This document shows positions 19,588 through 31,317 of a stretch of 64,000 nt of DNA, piece after piece. The stretch is from Bacteroidota bacterium (GTDB lineage: Bacteria > Bacteroidota > Bacteroidia > UKL13-3). Numbering within the stretch: position 1 is the first letter of the stretch; each line of letters opens with the position of its first letter. Below the pieces are notes generated by a model that was not told where the DNA came from, made no database searches, and worked only from the letters and a program-made list of their open reading frames with translations. Location: assembly GCA_947456185.1 (NCBI GenBank), contig CANGPW010000002.1, positions 2,019 through 66,018 on the forward strand, written 5' to 3'. A program made the position numbers and the translations under genes.

Positions 19588-19688
19588 ATTTTTTTATTAA
19601 TAATTTTAAATAGATGCGCAAATTAGTATTTTGATCGCTTAAATAATAAAAAGGTTTACTAATTTATTTTAGGTGTTTACAATTAGCA

Positions 19689-19725
19689 ATAAAAAAACGA
19701 CTTCTTAATAAATTAAAAAGCCGTT
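19689..19725 (-). terminator. terminator-like hairpin after rnpB
   Basis: On the minus strand: aacggcttttt-aatttatt-aagaagtcgtt with two G-U pairs that only form on this strand, followed by a T-run. Confidence 0.55.
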
Positions 19726-19730
19726 TTTTT

Positions 19731-20122
19731 TGCAAAACTATAAGCCGGGTTCTGTTTTATTTCAACTTTCGAAGAAACAAATTCTATCATTTATCTTGCC
19801 ATGTTATCACTAACATAATCTATTGCAGTCTACCCATTGTACATCAAAGCGAGCAACTTTGTGAGCCTAAACTCGGTACAACCTATTTGACCTTGCAACG
19901 CATAAGGTTTACCTTGCAATAAATGTTACCATTTACCCGGTGGTCTCTTACACCACCTTTTCACCTTTTCCTAAATTTTTAAAAAAACTCAGGTAGTTTA
20001 ATTTTCTTTAGCACTGTCTGTCAATTAATATTTACAATAATTGCCTACCCGTTAGGTAGTATGCCGCTCTGTGTTGCCCAGACTTTCCTCATTACATTAG
20101 TAACGCGATAGAACATTTTGCA
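19731..20122 (-). ncRNA. rnpB: RNase P RNA, bacterial type A
   Basis: The reverse complement contains GAGGAAAGTCTGGGC (P4 5' strand), GGTGAAAAGGTGGTGTAAGAGACCACCGGG, GCAAGGTCAAATAGG and ACAGAACCCGGCTTA (P4 3' strand). P1 pairing is tgcaaaa/ttttgca, followed by a terminator. Confidence 0.95.
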
Positions 20123-20236
20123 TGGCAAATGTAATTTATTTATAGTTTGAAATATTAAAAATTATGTAAAGTACTAAAATAGTGTTTTTAAATTTGTCAA
20201 AATGTTATAAATTGCCTTACTAATTAAATCCAAAAT

Positions 20237-21850
20237 ATGAGAAAATTACTCACTTCTATTTGCCTACTAATAAGCAGTTTGAGCTTTGCTCAAATCAGTA
20301 TTTTAAGTACTGATATTCCAAGAGTTAATGATACCATGAGATATAGTGAAACTACCCTTGGCATTACTGCTGCTAAAGCAGCAAAAACAGGAATTGATAC
20401 CATTTGGGATTTTACTAATTTAATAGCTGTTACACAAGATATTGAAAAATTTTATGCGCCTACAGCTACCCCTTATGTATTACAATTTGGCTTATTAAAT
20501 GCCGCAACTTATGGTATAAAAGATGATGCTTTAAATGCTTTGGCAGGATTTGGAAGTTTTTCGGGAATAAAAATTGAAAACGTTTATGGTTTTTATAAAA
20601 ATTCAAGTTCAGCAAATGTTTTAATGGGACGAGGTATCACAGTATCAGGAATTCCCTTGGCCTTAAATTTTAGTCCAAGAGATACCGTTTATAAATTTCC
20701 ATTAAATTTTGGTGATATTGATACAACATATTTTAAAGGTACAGCTTCTATACCTTCTGTTGGTGGACTTTCACAACAAGGTAGAAGAATTACAAAAGTA
20801 GATGGTTGGGGTTTAATAAAAACACCTTATGGACAGTTTAATTGCATTAGAATTAGAACTGATATTACTGAAACTGATTCTATTGAAATTACTACTTTTA
20901 AAATACCAATTCCTAATAATAGAACTATTTATACATGGTATGCTAAAAACGAACATTATCCGATTTTAGAAATTACCCAAACTATTGGATTAGCAGCTGC
21001 TTTGACTATAAGGTATAAAGATATTTACAGACCAGAAGTATTTTATAGCGCAGCTAAATTTAATGCAAGTAGAACTACTGCATCAGTTTTAGATACAGTA
21101 AATTTAACAAGTACAAGCACAGGAAGTCCAAAATCATACCAATGGACAATTACACCAAATACCGTTTCTTTTGTGGGAGGAACCAATTCTACAACAAATA
21201 ACCCAAGAGTTATATTTAATGCAGGTGGCGTTTATACCATTAAATTAAAAGTAATATATGAAGGCGGACAAGATGATACCACTAGAACAGATTATGTAAC
21301 TATAAATGCTGCTCCCGTTGTTAACTTTAGTGCTGATAAAACCAATGCCTCAGTTGGAGAAAATGTTACATTTACCGATAATAGTTCAGGAACTCCAACT
21401 ACTTACAAATGGGCATTTACACCAAATACCGTTACTTTCGTAACAGGTACAAGTGCTAGTAAAAATCCGGTGGTTAAATTTAATGCTTCAGGAAGTTATT
21501 CAGTTTCTTTAACTGCTAGTTATTTAACAACACCTGTTACTGTTACAAAATCAGGATATATTAATGTTCAAAATGTAAGTGTTGCTGATTTTAAAAATTT
21601 TGCAAAAACAATTGAAATTTATCCCAATCCGGCTAAAACAAATATATTCATTGCTTCAAATTTCGATATAAGTAAATCTGATATTGCTATATATGATATT
21701 TTAGGAAAAAAAATAAATGTTGAGGATATCAACTATATAAATAAATCAAATATTCAGTTGAATATATCTACATTGAATAAGGGCATTTATTTTATAAAAA
21801 TTTATAGTGAAAATAATACTCATTCAACCCATAAAATTATTGTAGAATAA
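20237..21850 (+). CDS. T9SS-secreted protein with two PKD-like domains and a Por C-terminal sorting domain
   Basis: Signal peptide. Two repeats of the type Y(Q/K)W(T/A)(I/F)TPNTV(S/T)FV. C-terminus IYPNPAKTNIFI...GIYFIKI. Confidence 0.8.
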   Translation: MRKLLTSICLLISSLSFAQISILSTDIPRVNDTMRYSETTLGITAAKAAKTGIDTIWDFTNLIAVTQDIEKFYAPTATPYVLQFGLLNAATYGIKDDALNALAGFGSFSGIKIENVYGFYKNSSSANVLMGRGITVSGIPLALNFSPRDTVYKFPLNFGDIDTTYFKGTASIPSVGGLSQQGRRITKVDGWGLIKTPYGQFNCIRIRTDITETDSIEITTFKIPIPNNRTIYTWYAKNEHYPILEITQTIGLAAALTIRYKDIYRPEVFYSAAKFNASRTTASVLDTVNLTSTSTGSPKSYQWTITPNTVSFVGGTNSTTNNPRVIFNAGGVYTIKLKVIYEGGQDDTTRTDYVTINAAPVVNFSADKTNASVGENVTFTDNSSGTPTTYKWAFTPNTVTFVTGTSASKNPVVKFNASGSYSVSLTASYLTTPVTVTKSGYINVQNVSVADFKNFAKTIEIYPNPAKTNIFIASNFDISKSDIAIYDILGKKINVEDINYINKSNIQLNISTLNKGIYFIKIYSENNTHSTHKIIVE

Positions 21851-21992
21851 AATATAATATTTGATAAATACATACGTTTTTTTAGTACATAGAATTAGAC
21901 AATCAACATAAAATACTAATTTATTATTGGTTTGTTTGCATCAGTATTATAATTTATTCGGTTTATATTTGAAGGTATTAATTTAATCATCC

Positions 21993-22778
21993 ATGAAATC
22001 AATAAAAATTTTATCCAATAGCTTTATAGCATTTGTGTTTTTGGCATTAGTTTTTTTACTAATTTCATATCCTCCGGCCAAAGCAGTTTGTAATACTATT
22101 ACCAACCGATTAGGAATTACTTCACCAAGTTACCCTGGTTTTGGAATAAATTTACCTGGAAATTATGAAATTCATGGAATAGATGTTAGTCGCCATCAAC
22201 GCGATATTGATTGGGAGGCTGTGTCAAATATGTTTGACGACCAAATTGGTGTTTCGTTTGCATTTATTAAAGCTACAGAAGGCAGAACTGTTGGCGATGA
22301 TTATTTTGATTATAATTGGAAACAATGTAAAAAAAATAGCATTTTAAGAGGTGCTTATCATTTTTTTAGACCGCATTTAACAGCAGAAGAACAAGCCAAT
22401 TTTTTCTTTAGTAAAGTAAAGTTAGATAGAGAAGATTTACCCCCAGTTTTAGACATTGAAATAAAAGGAAGTGCAAGTCCGGCAGTTTTAAAATCAAAAG
22501 TAAAACGTTGGTTGGTATTAACGGAAAGACATTATGGAATTACTCCAATTATTTATACCAATTATTTTTTCTATAAAAATTATTTTTCAGGTAAAGAATT
22601 TGAAAAATATCCTTTCTGGATTGCTCACTACCAAACATTAGATTTAAACGAAAAAACTACTACTTGGAACTTTTGGCAACACAATGAAAAAGGAAAAGTT
22701 AATGGTATAAGAGGTGGCGTTGACTTTAACGTATTTAAAGGAAACTACGATGATTTATTAGGTCTTTGTAAAAAGTAA
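21993..22778 (+). CDS. glycoside hydrolase family 25 lysozyme (muramidase), membrane-anchored
   Basis: N-terminal TM segment, then GIDVSRHQRDIDWEAV and FAFIKATEG motifs of GH25. Confidence 0.85.
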   Translation: MKSIKILSNSFIAFVFLALVFLLISYPPAKAVCNTITNRLGITSPSYPGFGINLPGNYEIHGIDVSRHQRDIDWEAVSNMFDDQIGVSFAFIKATEGRTVGDDYFDYNWKQCKKNSILRGAYHFFRPHLTAEEQANFFFSKVKLDREDLPPVLDIEIKGSASPAVLKSKVKRWLVLTERHYGITPIIYTNYFFYKNYFSGKEFEKYPFWIAHYQTLDLNEKTTTWNFWQHNEKGKVNGIRGGVDFNVFKGNYDDLLGLCKK

Positions 22779-22783
22779 AAAAA

Positions 22784-22813
22784 ACACCAATTGAAAAATT
22801 GGTGTTTTTTTTT
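22784..22813. terminator. bidirectional terminator between the GH25 gene and the convergent small membrane protein gene
   Basis: A-run, acaccaatt-gaaa-aattggtgt hairpin, T9. Confidence 0.8.
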
Positions 22814-22823
22814 GCGTTAAATA

Positions 22824-23078
22824 TTACTTCTTTTCTTTGGCGGTAAAAGCTGTGTATCCAAATACAAATGCTCCTAAAACTAACATGATAACAACGAAAG
22901 TTTTATCTTGTTTATACATATCATAAGCTATGTACCCAATGGCACACCAAGCAACGGCAGTTTTTAAATATGCATTTCCATATTTACCTAAATTAAGTTT
23001 AGGCAACAAAAAATAAACTATTACTACTATTAGTAATATGAGCGATACAATTAGTATTAAGTTGGAAGGTAATGTCAT
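22824..23078 (-). CDS. small membrane protein (3 predicted TM helices)
   Basis: 84-aa hydrophobic ORF with no recognisable family. Confidence 0.4.
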   Translation of the reverse strand: MTLPSNLILIVSLILLIVVIVYFLLPKLNLGKYGNAYLKTAVAWCAIGYIAYDMYKQDKTFVVIMLVLGAFVFGYTAFTAKEKK

Positions 23079-23085
23079 AAGGTTT

Positions 23086-23571
23086 TTAATTATAATAATC
23101 GTTTAGCCATTTTAAATATATTTGACTTCTTTGCGCTGCAAAATAATTGGCAGTTATTACAATGAGTGATTGAATAAATAGCCCAATTCCTAAGCCTTGT
23201 AAAAACAAGGTATTGTTAAAAATAAAAATGAAAAGTACAGCAAGTACATTTAAAAACAAGAATGTGTTTATCATTTTCTTCTGAAACAATATTTCATTGT
23301 GAATAAATGGTATTTCAATATTTACCATCAATGATTGATTTTCCTTCACAAAACCTTGAACCATTAAAAGATGTTTTGGTGATTTTTTAAATATATTTAT
23401 ACCAAAATAAACTTGTAAAATTCCTATAATAGAAAGTGGTATTGTTAATCCATTCGAAAAAATATTATTTACATTAATCACTAAAATTAAAGATATATTG
23501 ATAGCAATAAAACCAATAATTATAAACAATAACCCTTGCGCTTTTTGCGCTTTATAGAACTTAAATATCAT
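23086..23571 (-). CDS. membrane protein, unknown function
   Basis: 161-aa ORF with about 4 hydrophobic helices. Confidence 0.4.
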   Translation of the reverse strand: MIFKFYKAQKAQGLLFIIIGFIAINISLILVINVNNIFSNGLTIPLSIIGILQVYFGINIFKKSPKHLLMVQGFVKENQSLMVNIEIPFIHNEILFQKKMINTFLFLNVLAVLFIFIFNNTLFLQGLGIGLFIQSLIVITANYFAAQRSQIYLKWLNDYYN

Positions 23572-23580
23572 TGGTAAAGT

Positions 23581-24180
23581 TTATAAGAAATTAGATTTGA
23601 AAATTTTTACTGCAATGGAAATAAGAATAACTCCAAAAAACTTACGAATTAAACCAAGTCCTGCTTTACCTAATATTCTTTCTAAAAAAGTAGTGGACTT
23701 TAAAACAGCATACACTAAAACCAAGTTCAATAAAATGGCAATTAAAATATTTTGAAACTCATACACAGCTTTCATGGAAATAATGGTTGTTAGCGTTCCT
23801 GAACCTGCAATGATTGGGAAAGCAATAGGAATAATACTACCATTAGAATCGTTTGGATCTTGCCTAAAAATATCAATTCCCAAAATCATTTCTAAACCTA
23901 AAATAAAAATTACGATGGAACCTGCTACCGCAAATGATGGTAAATCAACGCCTATAATATTTAGTAATTTATCACCAACTATAAGGAATAAAATCATTAA
24001 GGCTCCAGCGGCAAGTGTAGCTTTTCCGCTATCTAAATGTTGCTGTTTGTTTTTAATAGTAATAATTAGCGGCAATGCTCCTACCACATCAATGATGGCA
24101 AAAAGCGTTAAACTAATGGTGGTAATATCGGAAAAAGAAAAAATCATAAGCACTTCATGATAAGTTGGCAAATATATCAA
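23581..24180 (-). CDS. MarC-family (UPF0056) integral membrane protein
   Basis: 199 aa, six hydrophobic segments. IDVVGALPLI and PIAFPIIAGSGTLTT motifs. Confidence 0.8.
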   Translation of the reverse strand: MIYLPTYHEVLMIFSFSDITTISLTLFAIIDVVGALPLIITIKNKQQHLDSGKATLAAGALMILFLIVGDKLLNIIGVDLPSFAVAGSIVIFILGLEMILGIDIFRQDPNDSNGSIIPIAFPIIAGSGTLTTIISMKAVYEFQNILIAILLNLVLVYAVLKSTTFLERILGKAGLGLIRKFFGVILISIAVKIFKSNFL

Positions 24181-24207
24181 ATGTTTACTTAAACATGTTC
24201 CTAAACT

Positions 24208-25632
24208 TTAAAGCAATTGATTTGCCAAATTAGCTAATTCACTTCTTTCGCCTTTTTCTAAAGTAATATGTGCATACATCGGATTGTCTTTTACGCGATC
24301 CATTAAATAGGAAAGACCATTCGATTGAGCATCCAAATAAGGAGTATCTATTTGATGAATATCACCAGTAAAAACTATTTTTGTACCTTCTCCTGCCCTA
24401 GTAATAATGGTTCTAACTTCAAGAGGTGTTAAGTTTTGAGCTTCATCTATGATGAAAAGAATATTAGACAAACTTCTACCCCTAATATAAGCCAAAGCCG
24501 AAATCATGATTTTTTCATTGCTTACCATATCGGTAATTTTTTGAAATTCTTTATCAGTTTCTTTCCATTGATTTTGTATCATTTTTAAATTATCCCAAAG
24601 CGGTTCCATGTAGGGATTAATTTTAGAATTGATATCACCAGGTAAAAAACCAATATCGCGGTTATTTAAAGGAATAATTGGCCTTGCCAAATATATTTGT
24701 CTATAATCTGAACGTTGGTGTAACGCACCAGCTAAAGCAATTAAAGTTTTACCTGTACCAGCCATACCCTGAATTGTAACCAAACTTACTTTAGGATTTA
24801 ACACAGCATTTAATGCAAATGCTTGTTCTGCATTTCTAGGTTTTATTCCATGTCCATTTTGTTTATCAACTTTCCGCAAACTTTCAGTGTCTGCTTCATA
24901 ATAACACAACACAGAATTTCTTTCATTTTTCAAAATAAAATAATGGTTTGCATTGGGTTTCTTTTTCATTACAAATTCGTAATTGATGAATCCTTTTGCA
25001 TAAATTTCATCAATAATACTCGACTTTACTTTTTCAATGATAGAATTACCGCTATATAATCCATCAATGTTTTTTATTTTACCAGTTTCATAATCTTCAG
25101 CATATAAATTCAATGACTTTGCCTTTAAACGAAGGTTCACATCTTTGGTAATTAGCACCACTTTGCAATCAGGATTTTCTTCCTTCATAACTGTTGCCGC
25201 ATTAATAATTTTATGATCTGCCTTGCGTTCACCAAATACAATTTGTGCATCAATCCCTTTTGGCTTTTCATTCATGATCACTTTAAATTGACCACGTTTT
25301 GCACCATTGATTGGCATCCAATTTTGAATGGTATACTCACCCGAAAGTTGATCTAAATACCTAATAAATTCACGGGCTTCAAAGTTAATGGTGTCATTAC
25401 CTTTTTTAAAATTATCCAATTCTTCCAATACTGTAATTGGAATGGCTACATTATGTTCTTGAAAGTTTTTAATGGCATTGTGGTCAAACAAAATTACAGA
25501 AGTATCCAAAACAAATATTTTCTTTTGGGAAACTACTTTTTTTATAGGATTTATTTTTTTTATTGGTATATTTTTTTTTGTTGAAATTACCTTTTTTACT
25601 GCTACTTTTTTTACTACAATTTTCTTGGCCAT
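24208..25632 (-). CDS. PIN-domain + PhoH-like ATPase (YlaK-like) with a lysine-rich N-terminal tail
   Basis: IFVLDTSVILFD (PIN), Walker A GMAGTGKT, DEAQNLTP, GDIHQID. Residues 1-38 are KK-rich repeats. Confidence 0.9.
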   Translation of the reverse strand: MAKKIVVKKVAVKKVISTKKNIPIKKINPIKKVVSQKKIFVLDTSVILFDHNAIKNFQEHNVAIPITVLEELDNFKKGNDTINFEAREFIRYLDQLSGEYTIQNWMPINGAKRGQFKVIMNEKPKGIDAQIVFGERKADHKIINAATVMKEENPDCKVVLITKDVNLRLKAKSLNLYAEDYETGKIKNIDGLYSGNSIIEKVKSSIIDEIYAKGFINYEFVMKKKPNANHYFILKNERNSVLCYYEADTESLRKVDKQNGHGIKPRNAEQAFALNAVLNPKVSLVTIQGMAGTGKTLIALAGALHQRSDYRQIYLARPIIPLNNRDIGFLPGDINSKINPYMEPLWDNLKMIQNQWKETDKEFQKITDMVSNEKIMISALAYIRGRSLSNILFIIDEAQNLTPLEVRTIITRAGEGTKIVFTGDIHQIDTPYLDAQSNGLSYLMDRVKDNPMYAHITLEKGERSELANLANQLL

Positions 25633-25813
25633 AATTTATCGTTTGTTAGAATTGCTTTTGTCAAAAATGAACCTTATGAAATTATATTTAGCAATAAACT
25701 TTTAAACACCTGTGAATTTAATAAATTTGAACTTTGAAATATTGATTCAGTCAATCATTGTTCATTGAACGATTATGTTTGGTCAAATATTTTAAAGTAA
25801 ATAAAAACCGTGA

Positions 25814-26767
25814 ATGAAATTACAATTAGATTATCCAGTAACACCATCCAAAAACCTAATCAATACTAGCAGTTCCATTATTTCAATTGGTTCATGTTTT
25901 GCTGAAAATATAGCTCAAAAATTATTGACATATCAGTTTAAAACATTGCTAAATCCGAATGGAATTGTGTTTAATCCGCTTGCCATAATTAACCAATTAA
26001 ATCACTATTTGCTTAACAATAAAATAACAGCAAATGAATTAATTTCAAATGATGGTTTATGGCACAGTTTGCTACACCATGGTAGTTTTTCTGGTGGTGA
26101 TAAAGAACAAGTGATTGAACAAATTAATCAATCAACTTTATTGGCACACGAAACTTTAAAAAATGCTGATCATTTAATGATAACCTTCGGTTCTGCTTGG
26201 GTTTACAAATATTTACCAACACAAACTTTTGTTTCAAATAACCATAAATTAGATGGCAAATTATTTGAAAAATCGTTATTAAATGTAAGCGATTTAAAAA
26301 ATGAATTTGATTTATTTTACCAAAAACTAAAACAAGTAAATCCAAAAATTAAACTTGTTTTTACGGTTAGTCCTGTTAGGTATATTCGCGATGGATTATA
26401 TGAAAATAATTTAAGTAAAGCCATTTTGCATCAGTTAGTTTATAATATTGTAAAGCAAAACAGTGCAGATTGTTATTATTTTCCAGCTTATGAAATAGTA
26501 ATAGATGAGCTGCGGGACTACCGTTTTTATAAGCAAGATATGGTTCATCCAAACCACTTGGCCGTTGAATATGTTTGGCATAAATTCATGGACGCTTGCA
26601 TGGATGAAAATACAAAAAAATTTATTGTTGATTTTGAAAAATATTTATTGTTAGTAAACCACAAGCCTTTACATACCGAAAGTTTAAGTTATCAAAAATA
26701 TTTAGATCAAATAGTTAATTTGCAACAGCAACTCAATACAAAATATTCATTTATAAATTTAAAATAA
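25814..26767 (+). CDS. GSCFA-domain protein
   Basis: Contains the eponymous IGSCFAENI motif; 317 aa. Confidence 0.8.
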   Translation: MKLQLDYPVTPSKNLINTSSSIISIGSCFAENIAQKLLTYQFKTLLNPNGIVFNPLAIINQLNHYLLNNKITANELISNDGLWHSLLHHGSFSGGDKEQVIEQINQSTLLAHETLKNADHLMITFGSAWVYKYLPTQTFVSNNHKLDGKLFEKSLLNVSDLKNEFDLFYQKLKQVNPKIKLVFTVSPVRYIRDGLYENNLSKAILHQLVYNIVKQNSADCYYFPAYEIVIDELRDYRFYKQDMVHPNHLAVEYVWHKFMDACMDENTKKFIVDFEKYLLLVNHKPLHTESLSYQKYLDQIVNLQQQLNTKYSFINLK

Positions 26768-26770
26768 AAT

Positions 26771-27175
26771 ATGTTAAAAGATATCATAGAACCAGCATTT
26801 GATGGAGTGGGCGTGGCGGTAATTCATGAAGAAGGTGAAGAAAATGAAATGGTTTGGAATGTATATTTAATTAACTTTAACAATGCTTTGATTGATGGCG
26901 TTTTAATAAGCAGTAAAGGTTATGGAACTATCAATAACGAAGAAGTAAAAACCAGTGTTTTGCGCCACATGTTGCAAGAAATTGATGCATTAGATTATGG
27001 AAAAATAGAACCTTTACACGAAGATTTATTAACCATCAATAATGAGTATTGGGTTAGCTTTTACTTAGATGGAAAAATATATGACCGTAAGTTTGTTTTT
27101 GTTGAAAATAGCATTGATAAAAACCGCTTATCTCATATCAATATAATAGACAAAAAAGGAATTTTGATTATGTAA
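26771..27175 (+). CDS. hypothetical protein
   Basis: 134-aa ORF starting 4 nt after the GSCFA gene, with normal amino-acid composition. No family recognised. Confidence 0.45.
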   Translation: MLKDIIEPAFDGVGVAVIHEEGEENEMVWNVYLINFNNALIDGVLISSKGYGTINNEEVKTSVLRHMLQEIDALDYGKIEPLHEDLLTINNEYWVSFYLDGKIYDRKFVFVENSIDKNRLSHINIIDKKGILIM

Positions 27176-27335
27176 AAAAAATGCGAAATGTTGAGGTTTT
27201 TAAGTTTTGAAGATCTTTTTGCATATTGCTTCACGCCCTGCGTGACAAGTATTGCTAATTGCATCCTTCGACAAGCTCAGGATGACATATTTCCTATTGC
27301 CCATTTCCCATTGCATATTGCTAATTGCATATTGC

Positions 27336-27731
27336 TTATTTCAATCCTTCAAATAGTTTATCTAGCTTTTGCTTTTCAATAATTTTTTGACCTTGTTCGC
27401 CTTCGGCAATGATTCTATCGCCAACTTTGGCTATAAAAGTGCAAATAATTTCATTTTTCTGAATGCTTTTAACAGTTGTAGTAAATTCAACAATGGATCC
27501 TAACAAAGCAGGACTTTTGTGGCTAATTTTTAAAAAAGTGCCAATACCTTCTTCTTGGTCTTCTTTCATTTCCAACACAAATAATCGGCAAGCCCATTCT
27601 GCGTCTCTTCCTAGTGCAAAGGTGGCATAAACGGGATGAACCAAACCGTCATTAAATGAAGCGCAGTCGGCTTTTTCCACTAATTTACTAAAGTATTTTT
27701 GGCTGCCTATTTCAAACAAATCAATAATCAT
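27336..27731 (-). CDS. hotdog-fold thioesterase (FlK-like)
   Basis: 131 aa. The VHPVYATFALGRDAEWACR and IGTFLKISHKSPALLGS pattern resembles fluoroacetyl-CoA-thioesterase-type hotdog proteins. Confidence 0.65.
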   Translation of the reverse strand: MIIDLFEIGSQKYFSKLVEKADCASFNDGLVHPVYATFALGRDAEWACRLFVLEMKEDQEEGIGTFLKISHKSPALLGSIVEFTTTVKSIQKNEIICTFIAKVGDRIIAEGEQGQKIIEKQKLDKLFEGLK

Positions 27732-28723
27732 TCGGGTTTAATTGTATCATCAAGGTAAGTAATAATATTTTTCTTTTTGGCCAAATAAGCACTTTGTTTT
27801 CTATAATGTTCATTAGCCAAATCAAGGGCTACATTTAATTCATAACCAAGTAATAAAATAAAAGTATTGATGTAAATAAGCATCATTATTACAATTAAAA
27901 CACCAATGGAACCATACACTTTATTGTAAGCATCAAAATGATTTACATAAAAAGAAAAGCCTGTGGTAGTAATTAATATAATAGCACAACTAAATAAAGC
28001 ACCAACGGAAAAGAATTTCCATTTTCTGGCTTTTGCGGGAGCATAATAAAAAATAGCAGAAACAATACTTAAACAAATTCCCGCAGCTACTAAATAATTT
28101 AAGGACTGCAGCCCAAACTTAGCAATGGAATGTGCAATAATATCTTTCTTATCAAGCCATTTAATACCAAAACTAGCACCAGTTATTAAAACTACAGAAA
28201 CTAAAATAAGTATAGATATAAAAAATGCCATGCCAATGGCTACCATTCTTTGTTTCCAAAAAGGCCTAGTTTCAGTAATATGACTGTATTTGTTCAACGA
28301 AGCCATTAATGAATGAAATCCGTTAGTAGAGAAATAAATAGCTGATAAGAATCCAAATGATAATAAATCGCCACGTTGATTTTTTAAAATATCTTCCAAA
28401 GTATCTTTAATGGTTTCATAAGCACTTTTAGGTATTAAGGTAGAAATGAAAATTAGAATCTTGTCATGGTCTTGTTTTACGGGTAAATAAGCTATGACTG
28501 TAAAAAAGAAAATAACAGTAGGAAATAAAGCCAAAAAGAAAGTAAAAGACAAAGCAGAACTGCGCATTTGAATGTCTTTTTTCGAAACAGAACGTACAAA
28601 AAACTCTAAAACAGCATATAACGATATGTTTTTGTTACCAGGAAATGAGGTCCGCTGTGTTATTCTGTAAAGCCATTTGATGGGTTTTGTTTCTAAAAAT
28701 TTATTCCTTTTCATGTTTGGCAA
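27728..28723 (-). CDS. YihY/BrkB-family membrane protein
   Basis: 331 aa. SSALSFTFFLALFP and YGSIGVLIVIMMLIY motifs, six TM helices. 4-nt overlap with the thioesterase gene. Confidence 0.85.
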   Translation of the reverse strand: MPNMKRNKFLETKPIKWLYRITQRTSFPGNKNISLYAVLEFFVRSVSKKDIQMRSSALSFTFFLALFPTVIFFFTVIAYLPVKQDHDKILIFISTLIPKSAYETIKDTLEDILKNQRGDLLSFGFLSAIYFSTNGFHSLMASLNKYSHITETRPFWKQRMVAIGMAFFISILILVSVVLITGASFGIKWLDKKDIIAHSIAKFGLQSLNYLVAAGICLSIVSAIFYYAPAKARKWKFFSVGALFSCAIILITTTGFSFYVNHFDAYNKVYGSIGVLIVIMMLIYINTFILLLGYELNVALDLANEHYRKQSAYLAKKKNIITYLDDTIKPE

Positions 28724-28924
28724 ATATACATTTCAGTTAATTAATTGAGCAAAAGATTTTTCAATTAAATAAAAAACAATTTTCTTAAAAACATAAATCT
28801 AAAATTTAAAATCAATTTTCGGTGATAATTTGTGGAAAAACTTAGTCGTTTTAATGGCGTTTTGTTTAGGTAAATAATTCACATAAGCATATATTTACAA
28901 ACTATTTAAATCAAAATATTTTAA

Positions 28925-30877
<1,953 letters not shown>

Positions 30878-30910
30878 TTTTTAATAAGCCGTTAGCAAAT
30901 AACATAAAAA

Positions 30911-30942
30911 AGCCGTTTCATTCACTTGAAACGGCTTTTTTG
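30911..30942 (+). terminator. intrinsic terminator after gyrB
   Basis: agccgtttca-ttcact-tgaaacggct hairpin followed by ttttttg. Confidence 0.8.
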
Positions 30943-30960
30943 TTTTAGTTATATTTTTGA

Positions 30961-31254
30961 TTATTTAGATAATAAGTAAATAACCAAAATTAATCCAATA
31001 ATAGCACCAATAATTATACTGAGAATAGTTACAGTTTGAGAAGAAAACATTTTACCAATTAATTTTAAAATCAATAATTGAAAACCAAAAATTGGAATGA
31101 TATAAAATACAAAAGCAAACCAATTTGATAATTGCAACATCCATTTAAAATTGTAATATCCTTCATCTATATAAAACAAAAATAAGGTAATAATTACTGA
31201 ACTCGCCAATAAAATATATGCTTGTTTGTTTGATTTTGTTTGAATGGAATTCAT
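30961..31254 (-). CDS. small membrane protein
   Basis: 97-aa ORF with three hydrophobic helices. Confidence 0.4.
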   Translation of the reverse strand: MNSIQTKSNKQAYILLASSVIITLFLFYIDEGYYNFKWMLQLSNWFAFVFYIIPIFGFQLLILKLIGKMFSSQTVTILSIIIGAIIGLILVIYLLSK

Positions 31255-31317
31255 AAATATATTTTAAGATTTTATAATTCAAACCTGACAGATTTTTAAA
31301 ACCTGTCAGGTTTAAAT

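Noticed and set aside
21993-22778. GH25 lysozyme as a marker of a prophage or lysis cassette.
   Set aside because: There are no holin, capsid, tail, terminase or integrase genes around it. The flanks are a T9SS cargo gene and small membrane proteins, so it is consistent with a housekeeping or secreted muramidase.
27188-27382. ORF 27188-27382 (contains RQAQDD) and ORFs 38888-39255 (contain RQAHHD and SSLELS repeats).
   Set aside because: They are translations of palindromic half-sites (ccttcgacaagctcaggatgac and ggttcggcaggctcaccatgac) and word arrays. 27188-27382 also overlaps the 3' end of the thioesterase gene.
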